Origin: an uncultured delta proteobacterium | GTDB taxonomy: Bacteria; Desulfobacterota; Syntrophia; Syntrophales; UBA2185 | Direction: 5' to 3' | Assembly (NCBI GenBank): GCA_963729715.1 | Contig: CAVSPA010000010.1 | Span: 1 to 64,000, forward strand | Length of the DNA: 64,000 nucleotides | Shown: positions 39,536-49,326 of the stretch, one piece after another | Layout of the letters: each line of letters opens with the position of its first letter | How positions within the stretch are numbered: position 1 is the first letter of the stretch | Position numbers and translations under genes: made by a program | Notes under the pieces: model-generated | Told to the model about the DNA's origin: nothing | Databases searched by the model: none | Seen by the model: only the letters and a program-made list of their open reading frames with translations

Positions 39536-42176
39536 CAAACTCGTTGAGCATCTGCTGTTTCTTTTGTGCAATCTGGTCATTCATCTGGTTGATTTCTGTT
39601 GTATAGTTATTGATACTATTTTGAAGAGACGTCTCCTTGAAAGTCGCATATCCACTGTAAGGATCAGTAATATTATAAAGGGCACGGTCAAAGAGGTCTG
39701 CCACACCGGTCGTTAATTTAATCGTTCCCGCATCAACGGGATATGAGTCCGATGATCCAGTATATTTTACGGATAGACCATCCGTGTTGGCGTTGCCGGT
39801 GTTCCCGGTAAGAACCTGTCCGGAGCCGGTTGCCTGCTCGCCACCGATAGTTCCTTGCACGTCGTTTCCACTGAATGTTTGAGGTGTTGCGGTGTTCCAC
39901 AGCACCCCATTCGAGTCTGTGATTGTAAAACTGGATGCCTTGCCGTAATCATCACTGGTTAGAACAAGCTGGTTTTGACTATTTTGGGAGGCGGTTATGC
40001 CCATGACATAATGTCCGCCGGTCTGTCCACTCGAATCTGTGGCAAGTTCCTTATTTATTGCATTGATAATTTCATCCATGCTCATGTCTTTTGTCAGGTC
40101 GATAGTCGCCGTATTACTTCCTTGCTGAATTGAAATAGTGTCGTCACTACCAAGAGTGTCGCCCACCAGGACCGAGTCGTCAGATTTTGCTGAGCTCTGT
40201 GTCGCCGCCTGAGTGATAACAACGTCGTATGAACCGGCCTGTGAGTTCTGCGAATACCCTACATCGGAAAGACTGTTCGATGACGTTGTGCCCTGACCGA
40301 CGAAGAGGGACATAATGTCGTTGAAGTTGGTCTGGAGGTACCCTGTCAAAGTTGTATCATCGACACTCATTTGTCCCGTAGCATCGACACTTATCCCGGC
40401 TTGGGCCAAAGTGGATAACTGGCTGTTGACACCAGATACACGCTGGGTAAGGACGGATGTGAGAGCAGATTTCACGTTAAGAAGTGTATTATCTCCAAAA
40501 AGAACGCCTCCTGTTGTATTTGTCGTTGTATTGTAAGAATCCTGTGTACTGATAGTGGATGCTACTGCATTATATGCGGTCACAAAGTTATTGATTAAAG
40601 TCTCGATGGCGTTAGTGTCCTGCGTGACATTCAGGTTGATGGTTGTGGAACTGTCTGCCTTGAGAAGATTCAGGGTGACACCGGGGATAACGTTATCGAT
40701 GGTATTTGATGAAGATGTAACCGGTACACCATCTACTTCCACAGCGGTATCTTGACCGGCAACCAACACTGCCGAGGCGTTACCAAAGGCACCAAAGTCG
40801 AGTGAAGTTGCTGAGCTTTGATTTTTGATCTTTAAGTCAGCTATACTCAGTTGCGAAGTTTCGTTTCCACTTAAGTCGTTCACCTCAATCTTCCCGTCAG
40901 AGGTAACATAGGCCAAAACATTTCCGTAAGATGTATTAATTTGGTTAAGCAGATTCTGAACGGTCGTCGAACTCGTGATAGTCAAATTTGCACTTACTGA
41001 GTTGCCTGACGTATCAGTGCCCGAGAGGGTGATAGAGTCGCCCGACGCGAAGTTGTAGCCGTCAATGTTCTTCAAAAGGGTCGCTGCAGTTATGTCGGAA
41101 CCATTGGATGTCATGGAGTTCCCCGAGACTACCCCTGTACTCGAGTTGCTCGTGTGATCCAGGATGCCGAGAGTGTTAAGGATATTATCCGCATCCGCAA
41201 AGGTCGGGGTTCCACTCCCACTGCTCTGCAGGATCTGGAGGCTGTAATACGTGGACCCGTTTTTCGTCTGAGAGACAACGGAGGCTGTCACGCCCGCATC
41301 CGCATTGTTGATAGCGGTGGCGATGTCTGTTAGGGACATACCGTTATTTAAGGATATTGATTGGCCGTCGATTGAAACATTCCCCGACTGAGTGGTAGTG
41401 AGGCCCAGAAGAGAGTTAATCGCCTCAGTTGACGAGGTAAAGAGATCACTCTGTGCGCCATTGGTGATGGAATTTTTAATTATTGGGGCTTCATCGTCTT
41501 TCCATCCAAATTGCTGCACAAGGTTTGCAGATGATCCGTTAAGGAGACTGATTCCTGCCGCACCGGTCGTATCACTGGTTAGAATCAACCGGCTGTCATT
41601 GGTGCCGAAGTTGACAACAGATGCTGTCACCCCGGAAGGGGATGCCCCTGTATCAGCTTCGTTAATGTTTGTCGCTACGTCGGCCAGTGTGTCTTTAGCG
41701 TTGACTGTAATGACTGTACCATTGATGACAATATCGCCAGCATAGCTGCTCCCCAGTGCTGTTGACGTGCTGGTGAAGGGGTTAGAAACTAATTGCTCCG
41801 CCTGGGCAAGATTGTCTACTCGTATAGTGTAATTTCCCGGAGATGCTGTGTCGCTGGTTGCAACGGAGAACAAGTTACTTGCATTTGAAGTACCGCTAAT
41901 AGTGGACATGTTTGATGTGAAGGCAGAGAAATCGGAAGGGTTCTGCATGGCATCCGCAGCTGTCTTCAAAGAGAGAAGTTGGGTATTTAAAGACTGCCAT
42001 GCCTGGAGTTCTGATTGGTCGGTACTCTGTTTGTTTTGAACAATAGTAACTCTTTGCTGATCAACAGCAATCAAGTCATCGACCATGGAGCTCCAGTCAA
42101 TTCCGCTGGCGAGACCGGTGATATAACTGGTCCCTGCGTTACTGGTGATATTGCTAGCAGAAGTACTAGTAGTCAT
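39417..42176 (-). CDS. fliD: Filament cap protein FliD (919 aa, expanded middle region)
   Basis: GLASGIDWSSMV, VDNLAQA, SNTIDNVIPGVTLNL, FVTAYN, LAQAGI. Confidence 0.95.
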   Translation of the reverse strand: MTTSTSASNITSNAGTSYITGLASGIDWSSMVDDLIAVDQQRVTIVQNKQSTDQSELQAWQSLNTQLLSLKTAADAMQNPSDFSAFTSNMSTISGTSNASNLFSVATSDTASPGNYTIRVDNLAQAEQLVSNPFTSTSTALGSSYAGDIVINGTVITVNAKDTLADVATNINEADTGASPSGVTASVVNFGTNDSRLILTSDTTGAAGISLLNGSSANLVQQFGWKDDEAPIIKNSITNGAQSDLFTSSTEAINSLLGLTTTQSGNVSIDGQSISLNNGMSLTDIATAINNADAGVTASVVSQTKNGSTYYSLQILQSSGSGTPTFADADNILNTLGILDHTSNSSTGVVSGNSMTSNGSDITAATLLKNIDGYNFASGDSITLSGTDTSGNSVSANLTITSSTTVQNLLNQINTSYGNVLAYVTSDGKIEVNDLSGNETSQLSIADLKIKNQSSATSLDFGAFGNASAVLVAGQDTAVEVDGVPVTSSSNTIDNVIPGVTLNLLKADSSTTINLNVTQDTNAIETLINNFVTAYNAVASTISTQDSYNTTTNTTGGVLFGDNTLLNVKSALTSVLTQRVSGVNSQLSTLAQAGISVDATGQMSVDDTTLTGYLQTNFNDIMSLFVGQGTTSSNSLSDVGYSQNSQAGSYDVVITQAATQSSAKSDDSVLVGDTLGSDDTISIQQGSNTATIDLTKDMSMDEIINAINKELATDSSGQTGGHYVMGITASQNSQNQLVLTSDDYGKASSFTITDSNGVLWNTATPQTFSGNDVQGTIGGEQATGSGQVLTGNTGNANTDGLSVKYTGSSDSYPVDAGTIKLTTGVADLFDRALYNITDPYSGYATFKETSLQNSINNYTTEINQMNDQIAQKKQQMLNEFVTMETAINTIQNESSWLTSQLTAASNGWQLTAATSSASL

Positions 42177-42246
42177 CTGGGAATCCTTTCTGATGGTTTC
42201 ATCAAACTTTAACGATAAGTCTTAAGCGCCCCATGTTTTATAATCA

Positions 42247-42274
42247 TTATCGGTAGAATTTTCTTGAAACTTGA
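42247..42274 (-). promoter_or_regulatory. Sigma-28 promoter of fliD
   Basis: Minus strand TCAAG-N15-ACCGATAA. Confidence 0.7.
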
Positions 42275-42650
42275 GTCCTTTTAAACATTCGAAAAATTAT
42301 ATTCAATGTCGTTGCAGCGAGGGAATATTAATATTTATCAATGGTTTATAAGATTTCTCTCTGCAGCCGAAATGATAAATTGTAAATTTCTCAAAGCAAT
42401 TGAAGAAGCGGAAGAAGTCGACGCGACTCCAGAGCATGATGATACGTTCTAGATACAAACCCCATGAGGCTTACAGGGTACGGGTCGAGATGTTTAAATG
42501 GCAATCGGGGAACCGCAAGGAGGTTAAAGTTGCGATGAACCTCCTGTGGTTCAGAAGGTAGAGGGTAATCCATCTCCATGATTTCACGAAACGAACCTGT
42601 GAATTGAATCTCAGTCACTAATCGAAGATAGGTTTTTACCTGGCCGGTAC

Positions 42651-42701
42651 GAGCCGTTCTGTTGGTAGGGGGTGGCCCTAAAGGCCACTTCCTACCAAGA
42701 T
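42651..42701 (+). other. Hairpin resembling a degenerate group II intron domain V/VI end
   Basis: GAGCCG-TTCTG followed by 16-bp stem TTGGTAGGGGGTGGCC/GGCCACTTCCTACCAA, ending GAT. Confidence 0.4.
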
Positions 42702-42726
42702 TTAGAGAACAAAAAAATATGCCAAT

Positions 42727-42761
42727 AAAAAAGCCCCGCAATCAATGAATTGCGGGGCTTT
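42727..42761 (-). terminator. Rho-independent terminator of fliC
   Basis: AAGCCCCGCAAT/ATTGCGGGGCTT 12-bp stem with U-tract on the minus strand. Confidence 0.92.
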
Positions 42762-42784
42762 CTGCTAGGGGTTTGGAGTCAGGG

Positions 42785-43897
42785 CTACTTAAACAGTGCG
42801 AGTACCTGTTGTGGTGCCGTGTTTGCCTGAGCTAACATCGCCGTACCAGCCTGGACAAGGATCTGTTCCTTGGTGAAGTTCGTCATTTCCGAAGCCATAT
42901 CCACATCCTTAATGGCCGAGTTTGCCGACGTTAAGTTCTGTACGGTAGTTGTGAGGTTCTGTGATGCATAATTCAGACGGTTCTCGTAGGCGCCGTTGGC
43001 TGCCTGGTCTGTAGACAGGCGACCGATAGCAGTGCTTACAGCAGACATGGCGGCAGTGGCATCGGAAGCCTGCGTCCAGGCTGAATTGCTGAGCCCCAGA
43101 GTGGCAGCTGTTATGCTATTGAGTGTGACAGACAATTGTGAAGTTGCATCATTTGTATAGCCGATCTGGAACGTTCCGCCAGTACCCGAACCGGCAGTAA
43201 CGACTATACTACCGCCACCGAGTGCAGCACCGAGAGCGGCTGTGGTAGCTGCAGCCGTCGTCTGGAAACTAATGCCGAGGCTATCGAAGTCATACGTATG
43301 TGCCCCATTACCAACGCTTTCTGTTTGCTGTGTGCCTGACCCATTTGTTATCGTCAATGTATCAGCAGTGGCGCTGTAGCTGACGGTATAAGTCCCGATT
43401 GCCGCTGAAGCCACATTAACATTGTAAACGTTAGCCGCGACGGTGATTGCAGAAGCAGTGGTGTTGACGCTGCCAAAGCTTCCGTCGAGCAGATTTGTGC
43501 CATTATACTGCGTCGAATTGGCAATCCTGTCAATTTCTGAGTAAAGTGTATTATACTCATTTGATAGCGGGCCTATATCCGCTCCTGCACTCGCTGCCTC
43601 CGTAGCAAGTTCGTTCATACGTGTTAAAATGTCACTGACGGTGCTCATCGCCCCGTCCGCCACCTGCAAGAGGGAGGTTGCTTGTGAGATGTTTTGCTGG
43701 GCAACATTTGCCCCGGCCACATTCGAGGTTAAGCTGTTAGAAATGGCCAGACCTGATGCATCATCCGAGGCTGAGTTTATACGATAGCCTGAAGAAAGTC
43801 TTTCTAATGATTTGTTCATTGATGCAGTGGAACTTTCCAGGTACCCCTGTGCACGTACTGCTGCAGTGTTATTTTGAATGTCGAATATCATTCCCAT
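42785..43897 (-). CDS. fliC: Flagellin
   Basis: SLERLSSGYRINSASDDASGLAIS, IKDVDMASEMTNFTKEQILVQAGTAMLAQAN. Confidence 0.98.
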   Translation of the reverse strand: MGMIFDIQNNTAAVRAQGYLESSTASMNKSLERLSSGYRINSASDDASGLAISNSLTSNVAGANVAQQNISQATSLLQVADGAMSTVSDILTRMNELATEAASAGADIGPLSNEYNTLYSEIDRIANSTQYNGTNLLDGSFGSVNTTASAITVAANVYNVNVASAAIGTYTVSYSATADTLTITNGSGTQQTESVGNGAHTYDFDSLGISFQTTAAATTAALGAALGGGSIVVTAGSGTGGTFQIGYTNDATSQLSVTLNSITAATLGLSNSAWTQASDATAAMSAVSTAIGRLSTDQAANGAYENRLNYASQNLTTTVQNLTSANSAIKDVDMASEMTNFTKEQILVQAGTAMLAQANTAPQQVLALFK

Positions 43898-43933
43898 GAT
43901 TTTTATCCTCCTTGATTTTATTATTTTTGATCT

Positions 43934-43949
43934 TTGGCATCCTTGCCAA
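43934..43949 (-). promoter_or_regulatory. CsrA-binding hairpin in fliC leader
   Basis: Minus strand TTGGCA-AGGA-TGCCAA: GGA in the loop, with a second site CAAGGAGGA overlapping the SD. Confidence 0.8.
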
Positions 43950-44066
43950 TTGTTTAGTAAAAAAATTATTATTTACAACCGGGGTTTCTTCGTATGATTT
44001 CCCGGTCACTGCGTCCTACTTTCTTTCACCTCCTCCCTTGCCTATTTTTTTCCTCTTTTGGCATTG

Positions 44067-44094
44067 TTATCGGCAGGGAGGGAAGAATACTTTA
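44067..44094 (-). promoter_or_regulatory. Sigma-28 promoter of fliC
   Basis: Minus strand TAAAG-N15-GCCGATAA, consensus match. Confidence 0.92.
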
Positions 44095-44155
44095 ATTTTA
44101 CATGAAAAGTGCATCCGATGGTTGACGTGAATTATGACGATTGATTGCTCGACTG

Positions 44156-47100
44156 TTAGGCGTCCACAAGAAGCCGGTTGAACTTACCGTGATCGACGAT
44201 GGCGGGAGCGATCCGAATCGCAAGCCGGAGCGCTGGGTCGGCTAAATGCCACTGTTTCCTGCGGCAAAGTTCCTCAGCGATGTCGTAAACGATCCTCCCC
44301 ATATCCTCAATCGAATAGAGGCAGCAGTTGGTATTAATGCCCAGCGTCTGCATGAGCGATTCCAGGGATTGTATAAAATCATCCCTTGCTTCGTCCTGCC
44401 AGCAGATCTGCGCTTGTAAGAGCCTCTTTTCAAGTTGTTCATCCGCCGTGAGTCCCTCATCTTCGGCTTTATGCAAGCAATCGGCGGCGGCTTTCAGATT
44501 GCCCTGCTGCAGGAAATCTTTGCCGATTTTCAGGCAAAGTTTTTTGCTCTCCCGCAAGAAGGCGGGGATATTCCCGCTGCAAATACCGGTCTCATAACTA
44601 ATTTTTAACCATTTCATCCCTTTTTCAGTCATATGCTGTCCGAAATAAAGGTGGCAGATGTTTTCCGCCTTTTCCATTCTACTTCCTGAATCTTCGAATG
44701 CTTTCAGAAAGAAGGAGTCAGCAGTTTCAAAATCCTTTTCCAGGAAATGAATCAAGCCCAGACCCAAAAAGATTTCGTCTCTCTTAGCAAAACTAAAAAA
44801 GCAGGAGTTCCCTATGAGCGCCGGGTTTCTTTCAAATTCCTCATAGATTGAAAGATAACGTTGGGACGTAGTCCTGCACAGATCAAAGGACTGTTTCTTG
44901 AAATAAACAGAGGCAAGGATATGACACATATCTAGGTGCATGGGAAAATAATCGAGGGCTTCTAGACATACGCGTTCCACATTCTCTAATTTTCCCAGGT
45001 TATTGTATCCCTGTGCAACCGTATAGAATGCGATTGCAAAGAACTCGTCTCGTAACCTTTTCCGGCGCATGATTTCCAAGGCCATTTCACCGTATTGGAC
45101 GGCCTTGTCAAACTCGCGGTGCATGGAATATGAAGAAGACAATTGATAGAGGCAGTACACGTCTTCCGGATCATTCACGAGCATCTCTTCCAAAAGCGTT
45201 GTCGTCCTGATATGCTTCGCTTCCATTTGTTCCGGTGTCAGATCATACCCGTAGTGTCGGATCCGAATCGCGCTGAAAGCTCCCTCACCCCGGACTTGTA
45301 ACTGGTTATGGACCTTCCGCTCATAGCCCATTCCCGTGCCGTTGCGGAACAGCCGGATCGAGTGGAAGACGACGTGAACGGAGCCGTCCGTTTTCATGTC
45401 ATAAAGACGGCAATGATAATAATCTGCCTTCCCTTCCCGGACGACGTCCCTCAGCGCCGATCCGTCTTCTGGAAACAACTCCTCGTCGGCGTCTACTATA
45501 AATAGCCAGTCGCCTGTGGCATAAGAAAGCGACTGGTTCCGGTGTTTGCTGAAGTCGTTTTCCCAGGGATGATGGTAGACTCTGGCGCCGTAGCTTTGAG
45601 CGATATCAACAGTGCCGTCTGTCGAACCAGTATCGACGATGATGATTTCATCCACATGATCGCATACGCTCCTCAGGCACCGCCCGAGACATGCCTCTTC
45701 GTTTTTCACGATCATGCATAGGGAGATCGTGGACTGCCTTTTATTTTTTATTGAGGTAGGTGGGGCGGTGCCCAAAAGCAGGCGGTCGAACTTACCATGA
45801 TCGTACAGGGTAGGGGCGACCTGAATCGCCAACAGAAGGGCCGCTTCGGCGAAAGGCCGCTGCTGGCGAAGGCAAAATGATTCGGCAATATCATAGATAA
45901 TCTGGCCCAGCTCATCAATAGACTGGCGGGTGCGTTTGGTATTCATGCCCAGCATCCGCATGAGCGATTCCAGGGATTGTATAAAATCATCACTTGCTTC
46001 GATCTGCCAGCAGACCTGTGTTTGTAAAAGTATCTTTTCAAGTTGTTCGTCCGCCGTGAGTCCCTCATCTCCGGCTTTACGCAGGCAATCGGCGGCAGCT
46101 TTCAGATTGCCCTGCTGCAGGAAATCTTTGCCGATTTTCAGATAGAGGTCTTTACGTTCCGGGAAAATAATCAGGTTGCTTGCCTTGCTAAGGCTGGTTT
46201 CGTATGCGATTTTCAGCCATAGCAGCGCCTTTTCATCCATGTGATGCTTGAGGTAGAAGCGACAGATATTCTCGGCAAGTTCCAGGCATCTGCCCGAATC
46301 TTCAAAGCCTTTCCAGAAGTATTGATCTGCCCCATCAAGATCATTTTCAAGAATGTGGGCACAGGCCAGGCGGAAGTAGATTTTATGCTTTATGGTGAAG
46401 CTGTGACAGTAAATATTTCCGATAAGCGAGGGATTTTTTTCTAAGGATTCATAGATGCTGAGGCAACGCTCCGACATGTACCGGCACCTCTCAAGATCCT
46501 GCTTCTCAAAATAGATGGATGCAAGGAGATGACATATATCCAGATGCATGGGAAATAAGTCAAGGGCTTCCAGGCAGAGACGTTCAACATCCGCTGTCTG
46601 ATCCAGCGCGTAATAAGCCTGGGCTACCGTATGGAATGCGATTGCAAAGAACTCGTCTCGTAACCTTTTCCGGCGCATGATTTCCAAGGCCATTTCACCG
46701 TATTGGACGGCCTTGTCAAACTCGCGGTGCATGGAATATGAAGAAGACAATTGATAGAGGCAGTACACGTCTTCCGGATCATTCACGAGCATCTCTTCCA
46801 AAAGCGTTGTCGTCCTGATATGCTTCGCTTCCATTTGTTCCGGTGTCAGATCATACCCGTAGTGTCGGATCCGAATCGCGCTGAAAGCTCCCTCACCCCG
46901 GACTTGTAACTGGTTATGGACCTTCCGCTCATAGCCCATTCCCGTGCCGTTGCGGAACAGCCGGATCAGGTAGAAGACGCCATGGACGGAGCCGTCCGTT
47001 TTCATGTCATAAAAACGGCAATGATGATAATCGGCCTTTTCTTCCCGGACGACGTCCCTCAGCGCCGATCCGTCTTCCGGAAACAACTCCTCGTCGGCAT

Positions 47101-47458
47101 CCAATTGAAATATCCAGTCGCCTGTGGCATAGGAAAGCGACTGGTTCCGGTGTTTACTGAAGTCGTTTTCCCAGGGATGATGGTAGACTCTGGCGCCGTA
47201 GCTTTGAGCGATATCAACAGTGCCGTCTGTCGAACCAGTATCGACGATGATGATTTCATCCACATGATTGCATACGCTCCTCAGGCACCGCCCGAGACAT
47301 GCCTCTTCGTTTTTCACGATCATGCATAGGGAGATCGTGGACTTCCCTTTATTTTTACTTAAGGTTCTTTTTTTAAGTTTTTTCACCATCGCTGGTTTGC
47401 TTCCATTACTCAGGACGTAAATAGTCAGTTCCGATGGATTATGAGTCAGGTAATTCAA
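44156..47458 (-). CDS. Tandem double GT2-TPR glycosyltransferase (probable flagellin glycosyltransferase)
   Basis: Two copies of ISLCMIVKNEE..VDTGSTD..DFSKHRN..DADE..HYGY, each followed by TPRs; adjacent to fliC; start may be ATG 47389. Confidence 0.9.
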   Translation of the reverse strand: MNYLTHNPSELTIYVLSNGSKPAMVKKLKKRTLSKNKGKSTISLCMIVKNEEACLGRCLRSVCNHVDEIIIVDTGSTDGTVDIAQSYGARVYHHPWENDFSKHRNQSLSYATGDWIFQLDADEELFPEDGSALRDVVREEKADYHHCRFYDMKTDGSVHGVFYLIRLFRNGTGMGYERKVHNQLQVRGEGAFSAIRIRHYGYDLTPEQMEAKHIRTTTLLEEMLVNDPEDVYCLYQLSSSYSMHREFDKAVQYGEMALEIMRRKRLRDEFFAIAFHTVAQAYYALDQTADVERLCLEALDLFPMHLDICHLLASIYFEKQDLERCRYMSERCLSIYESLEKNPSLIGNIYCHSFTIKHKIYFRLACAHILENDLDGADQYFWKGFEDSGRCLELAENICRFYLKHHMDEKALLWLKIAYETSLSKASNLIIFPERKDLYLKIGKDFLQQGNLKAAADCLRKAGDEGLTADEQLEKILLQTQVCWQIEASDDFIQSLESLMRMLGMNTKRTRQSIDELGQIIYDIAESFCLRQQRPFAEAALLLAIQVAPTLYDHGKFDRLLLGTAPPTSIKNKRQSTISLCMIVKNEEACLGRCLRSVCDHVDEIIIVDTGSTDGTVDIAQSYGARVYHHPWENDFSKHRNQSLSYATGDWLFIVDADEELFPEDGSALRDVVREGKADYYHCRLYDMKTDGSVHVVFHSIRLFRNGTGMGYERKVHNQLQVRGEGAFSAIRIRHYGYDLTPEQMEAKHIRTTTLLEEMLVNDPEDVYCLYQLSSSYSMHREFDKAVQYGEMALEIMRRKRLRDEFFAIAFYTVAQGYNNLGKLENVERVCLEALDYFPMHLDMCHILASVYFKKQSFDLCRTTSQRYLSIYEEFERNPALIGNSCFFSFAKRDEIFLGLGLIHFLEKDFETADSFFLKAFEDSGSRMEKAENICHLYFGQHMTEKGMKWLKISYETGICSGNIPAFLRESKKLCLKIGKDFLQQGNLKAAADCLHKAEDEGLTADEQLEKRLLQAQICWQDEARDDFIQSLESLMQTLGINTNCCLYSIEDMGRIVYDIAEELCRRKQWHLADPALRLAIRIAPAIVDHGKFNRLLVDA
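45018..47357. repeat. Internal near-identical duplication (period 1608 bp)
   Basis: 45018-45749 matches 46626-47357 almost base for base. Confidence 0.95.
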
Positions 47459-47617
47459 CCCTAGGCAATCACATTTACTGCGTTCAGACCGTAAATCTTT
47501 TTTGTCTTTTATTTCTTCAAGGGACGTATGAAATATTTCCCCAAGGAAACAATATTTTTAAATTCGATCAATGCCTCAACATAACAAGGCCTCGCAATTT
47601 TCGTTTAACTGAGAAAA

Positions 47618-48532
47618 TCAATTTGGGAACATCTCACTTTCCTCTAAGTGCAGGTCAGCCTTCTCCCTGTTTAGCCGTTTCAAAGGAACGTCACACCGTG
47701 AACAATGTTCAAGATCGTTGATGCGGCCCATTTTCATCAGTGTGCGTGCTTCCCTGAATACAGTTCCATTAAAGATCCTTACAGGATCTTCGTCAAAAGC
47801 GCTACCTAGCTTATAAAAGGAGGCGTCAACGTCGATACAACAGAACTGAATCATACCGGAGGCGTTGATGGTAATGCGGTCGAATACGTAGGGACAGGGA
47901 ACGCTTTTGGGGATGGCGCATTCCGCATCAGCCCAATTGTGTCTGGGAAATCGCAGCACCATATCGCCCTGGCTTAGCGCCAGATATCGAGACCAGTAAA
48001 TTGTATATTGTTGCCATTCATCTTCGTTCAGTTCCTGCTCGATCATCCTGACGCATATTGTTGTGGAATATCCACCAGAATCGCGAAGCTGTATTAACCT
48101 GTGGATATTATCAATAACCCGTCGGAAGGATAGGCCCTGTCTGATTCGTTCAAACTTGTCAGGAATCAGGCTGTCGATGCTGAATATGACTATGTCTATG
48201 CCGCTGTCCAAAAGCATGGATGTGCGTTGTTCGTCAAGGATGTCGCCGTTTGTAGGCAGGCTAACTTGACGGAATCTTGCTTCCTTGGCTGCCCGGATTT
48301 TCGCAAAGACATCCGGATCTAGGATAGCCTCACCCAGCCCTACTATATTCAGATATTCAATGCATTGCCTGTATGGAGTCAGCCTATCAAGAATACTGAG
48401 AAACATATCCTGATGCATGATCTGAGGCCGTTGGGAAGACGAGCGAATAGAACACATTATGCATGAAGCGTTGCAAATCCCATGCACTGTTTCAATGTCA
48501 ATAACAGAAGGAGCGATAAAGTTTATCATCAT
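47618..48532 (-). CDS. Radical SAM protein with SPASM/twitch domain
   Basis: CNASCIMC (CxxxCxxC), GLGE, TNG, CPYVF..FCCID..CSRC. Confidence 0.92.
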   Translation of the reverse strand: MMINFIAPSVIDIETVHGICNASCIMCSIRSSSQRPQIMHQDMFLSILDRLTPYRQCIEYLNIVGLGEAILDPDVFAKIRAAKEARFRQVSLPTNGDILDEQRTSMLLDSGIDIVIFSIDSLIPDKFERIRQGLSFRRVIDNIHRLIQLRDSGGYSTTICVRMIEQELNEDEWQQYTIYWSRYLALSQGDMVLRFPRHNWADAECAIPKSVPCPYVFDRITINASGMIQFCCIDVDASFYKLGSAFDEDPVRIFNGTVFREARTLMKMGRINDLEHCSRCDVPLKRLNREKADLHLEESEMFPN

Positions 48533-48576
48533 AATATCTCTATAAAAATTGGGTGTGTAGAATCATAATAGGTAAT

Positions 48577-49326
48577 TTACTTTATGCACTTCAGATATCC
48601 GCCTGGATTACAGGTGATAAGTAATTTTCGGTCTACGGCGTCATCAACAACGAAGCGGTCTGTTTCCTTCAGGAACGCCTCCAGCGCGGTTTTCGGGTTG
48701 TTTCCCGGCCCCCAGGGCCTCGGCCGGTGTTTCTGGATAGGTATATCTTCAACGATGGTATCGCTGCAGATGATGTAGTGTCCTTTGCCGACAAATGGTG
48801 AGTACAGGCGGAGTTCGGCAAGGACATGGTCGTGGCTGTGATAGGAATCAAGAACGACAAGGACCTCTTGGCTGTTGCCGATTATGGACACTATCTTGGC
48901 GAGGGTGGCCTGTTCAACGGATGACCCGGTGATGAGGATGATTTTTTCGGATAAAAAACCATATCCATTCAGTCTGTTTCTGAGGTCATCGGGGATGTAA
49001 ATGTCTATGCCAATAATCTTTTCCCTTCCCAGAACCGTGAGCAGGGTTGAGTAAAAAAGCAGTGATCCTCCCCATGCAACGCCAAGCTCTATGATATACT
49101 TTGGCCGTGTTTTATAAATAATATCTTGGATGGCGAACATATCCTGAGGCAGATTCAGGATCGGTTCACCGAACCAGCTCGTCTGGTGAACCCAGCGATA
49201 TTTATCGGCGTCGATTACCAGATCTCTTGCCCTGCGGATAAGGCCGTCGTCTTGGCTCATGGACAAGGCGGATTCCTGAAGTAGGCCCTCGAATTCTTCA
49301 CGGGTCAGCATCTTTTTCTCAGTCAT
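48577..49326 (-). CDS. CmcI (cephalosporin hydroxylase-family) methyltransferase
   Basis: WFGEPILNLPQDM, IIELGVAWGGS, LDSYHSHDHV, PGNNP. Confidence 0.9.
   Translation of the reverse strand: MTEKKMLTREEFEGLLQESALSMSQDDGLIRRARDLVIDADKYRWVHQTSWFGEPILNLPQDMFAIQDIIYKTRPKYIIELGVAWGGSLLFYSTLLTVLGREKIIGIDIYIPDDLRNRLNGYGFLSEKIILITGSSVEQATLAKIVSIIGNSQEVLVVLDSYHSHDHVLAELRLYSPFVGKGHYIICSDTIVEDIPIQKHRPRPWGPGNNPKTALEAFLKETDRFVVDDAVDRKLLITCNPGGYLKCIK

Noticed and set aside
42391..42741. 116-aa minus-strand ORF between fliC and fliD
   Set aside because: It starts inside the fliC terminator, has no SD or recognisable motif, and overlaps hairpin-rich non-coding sequence.
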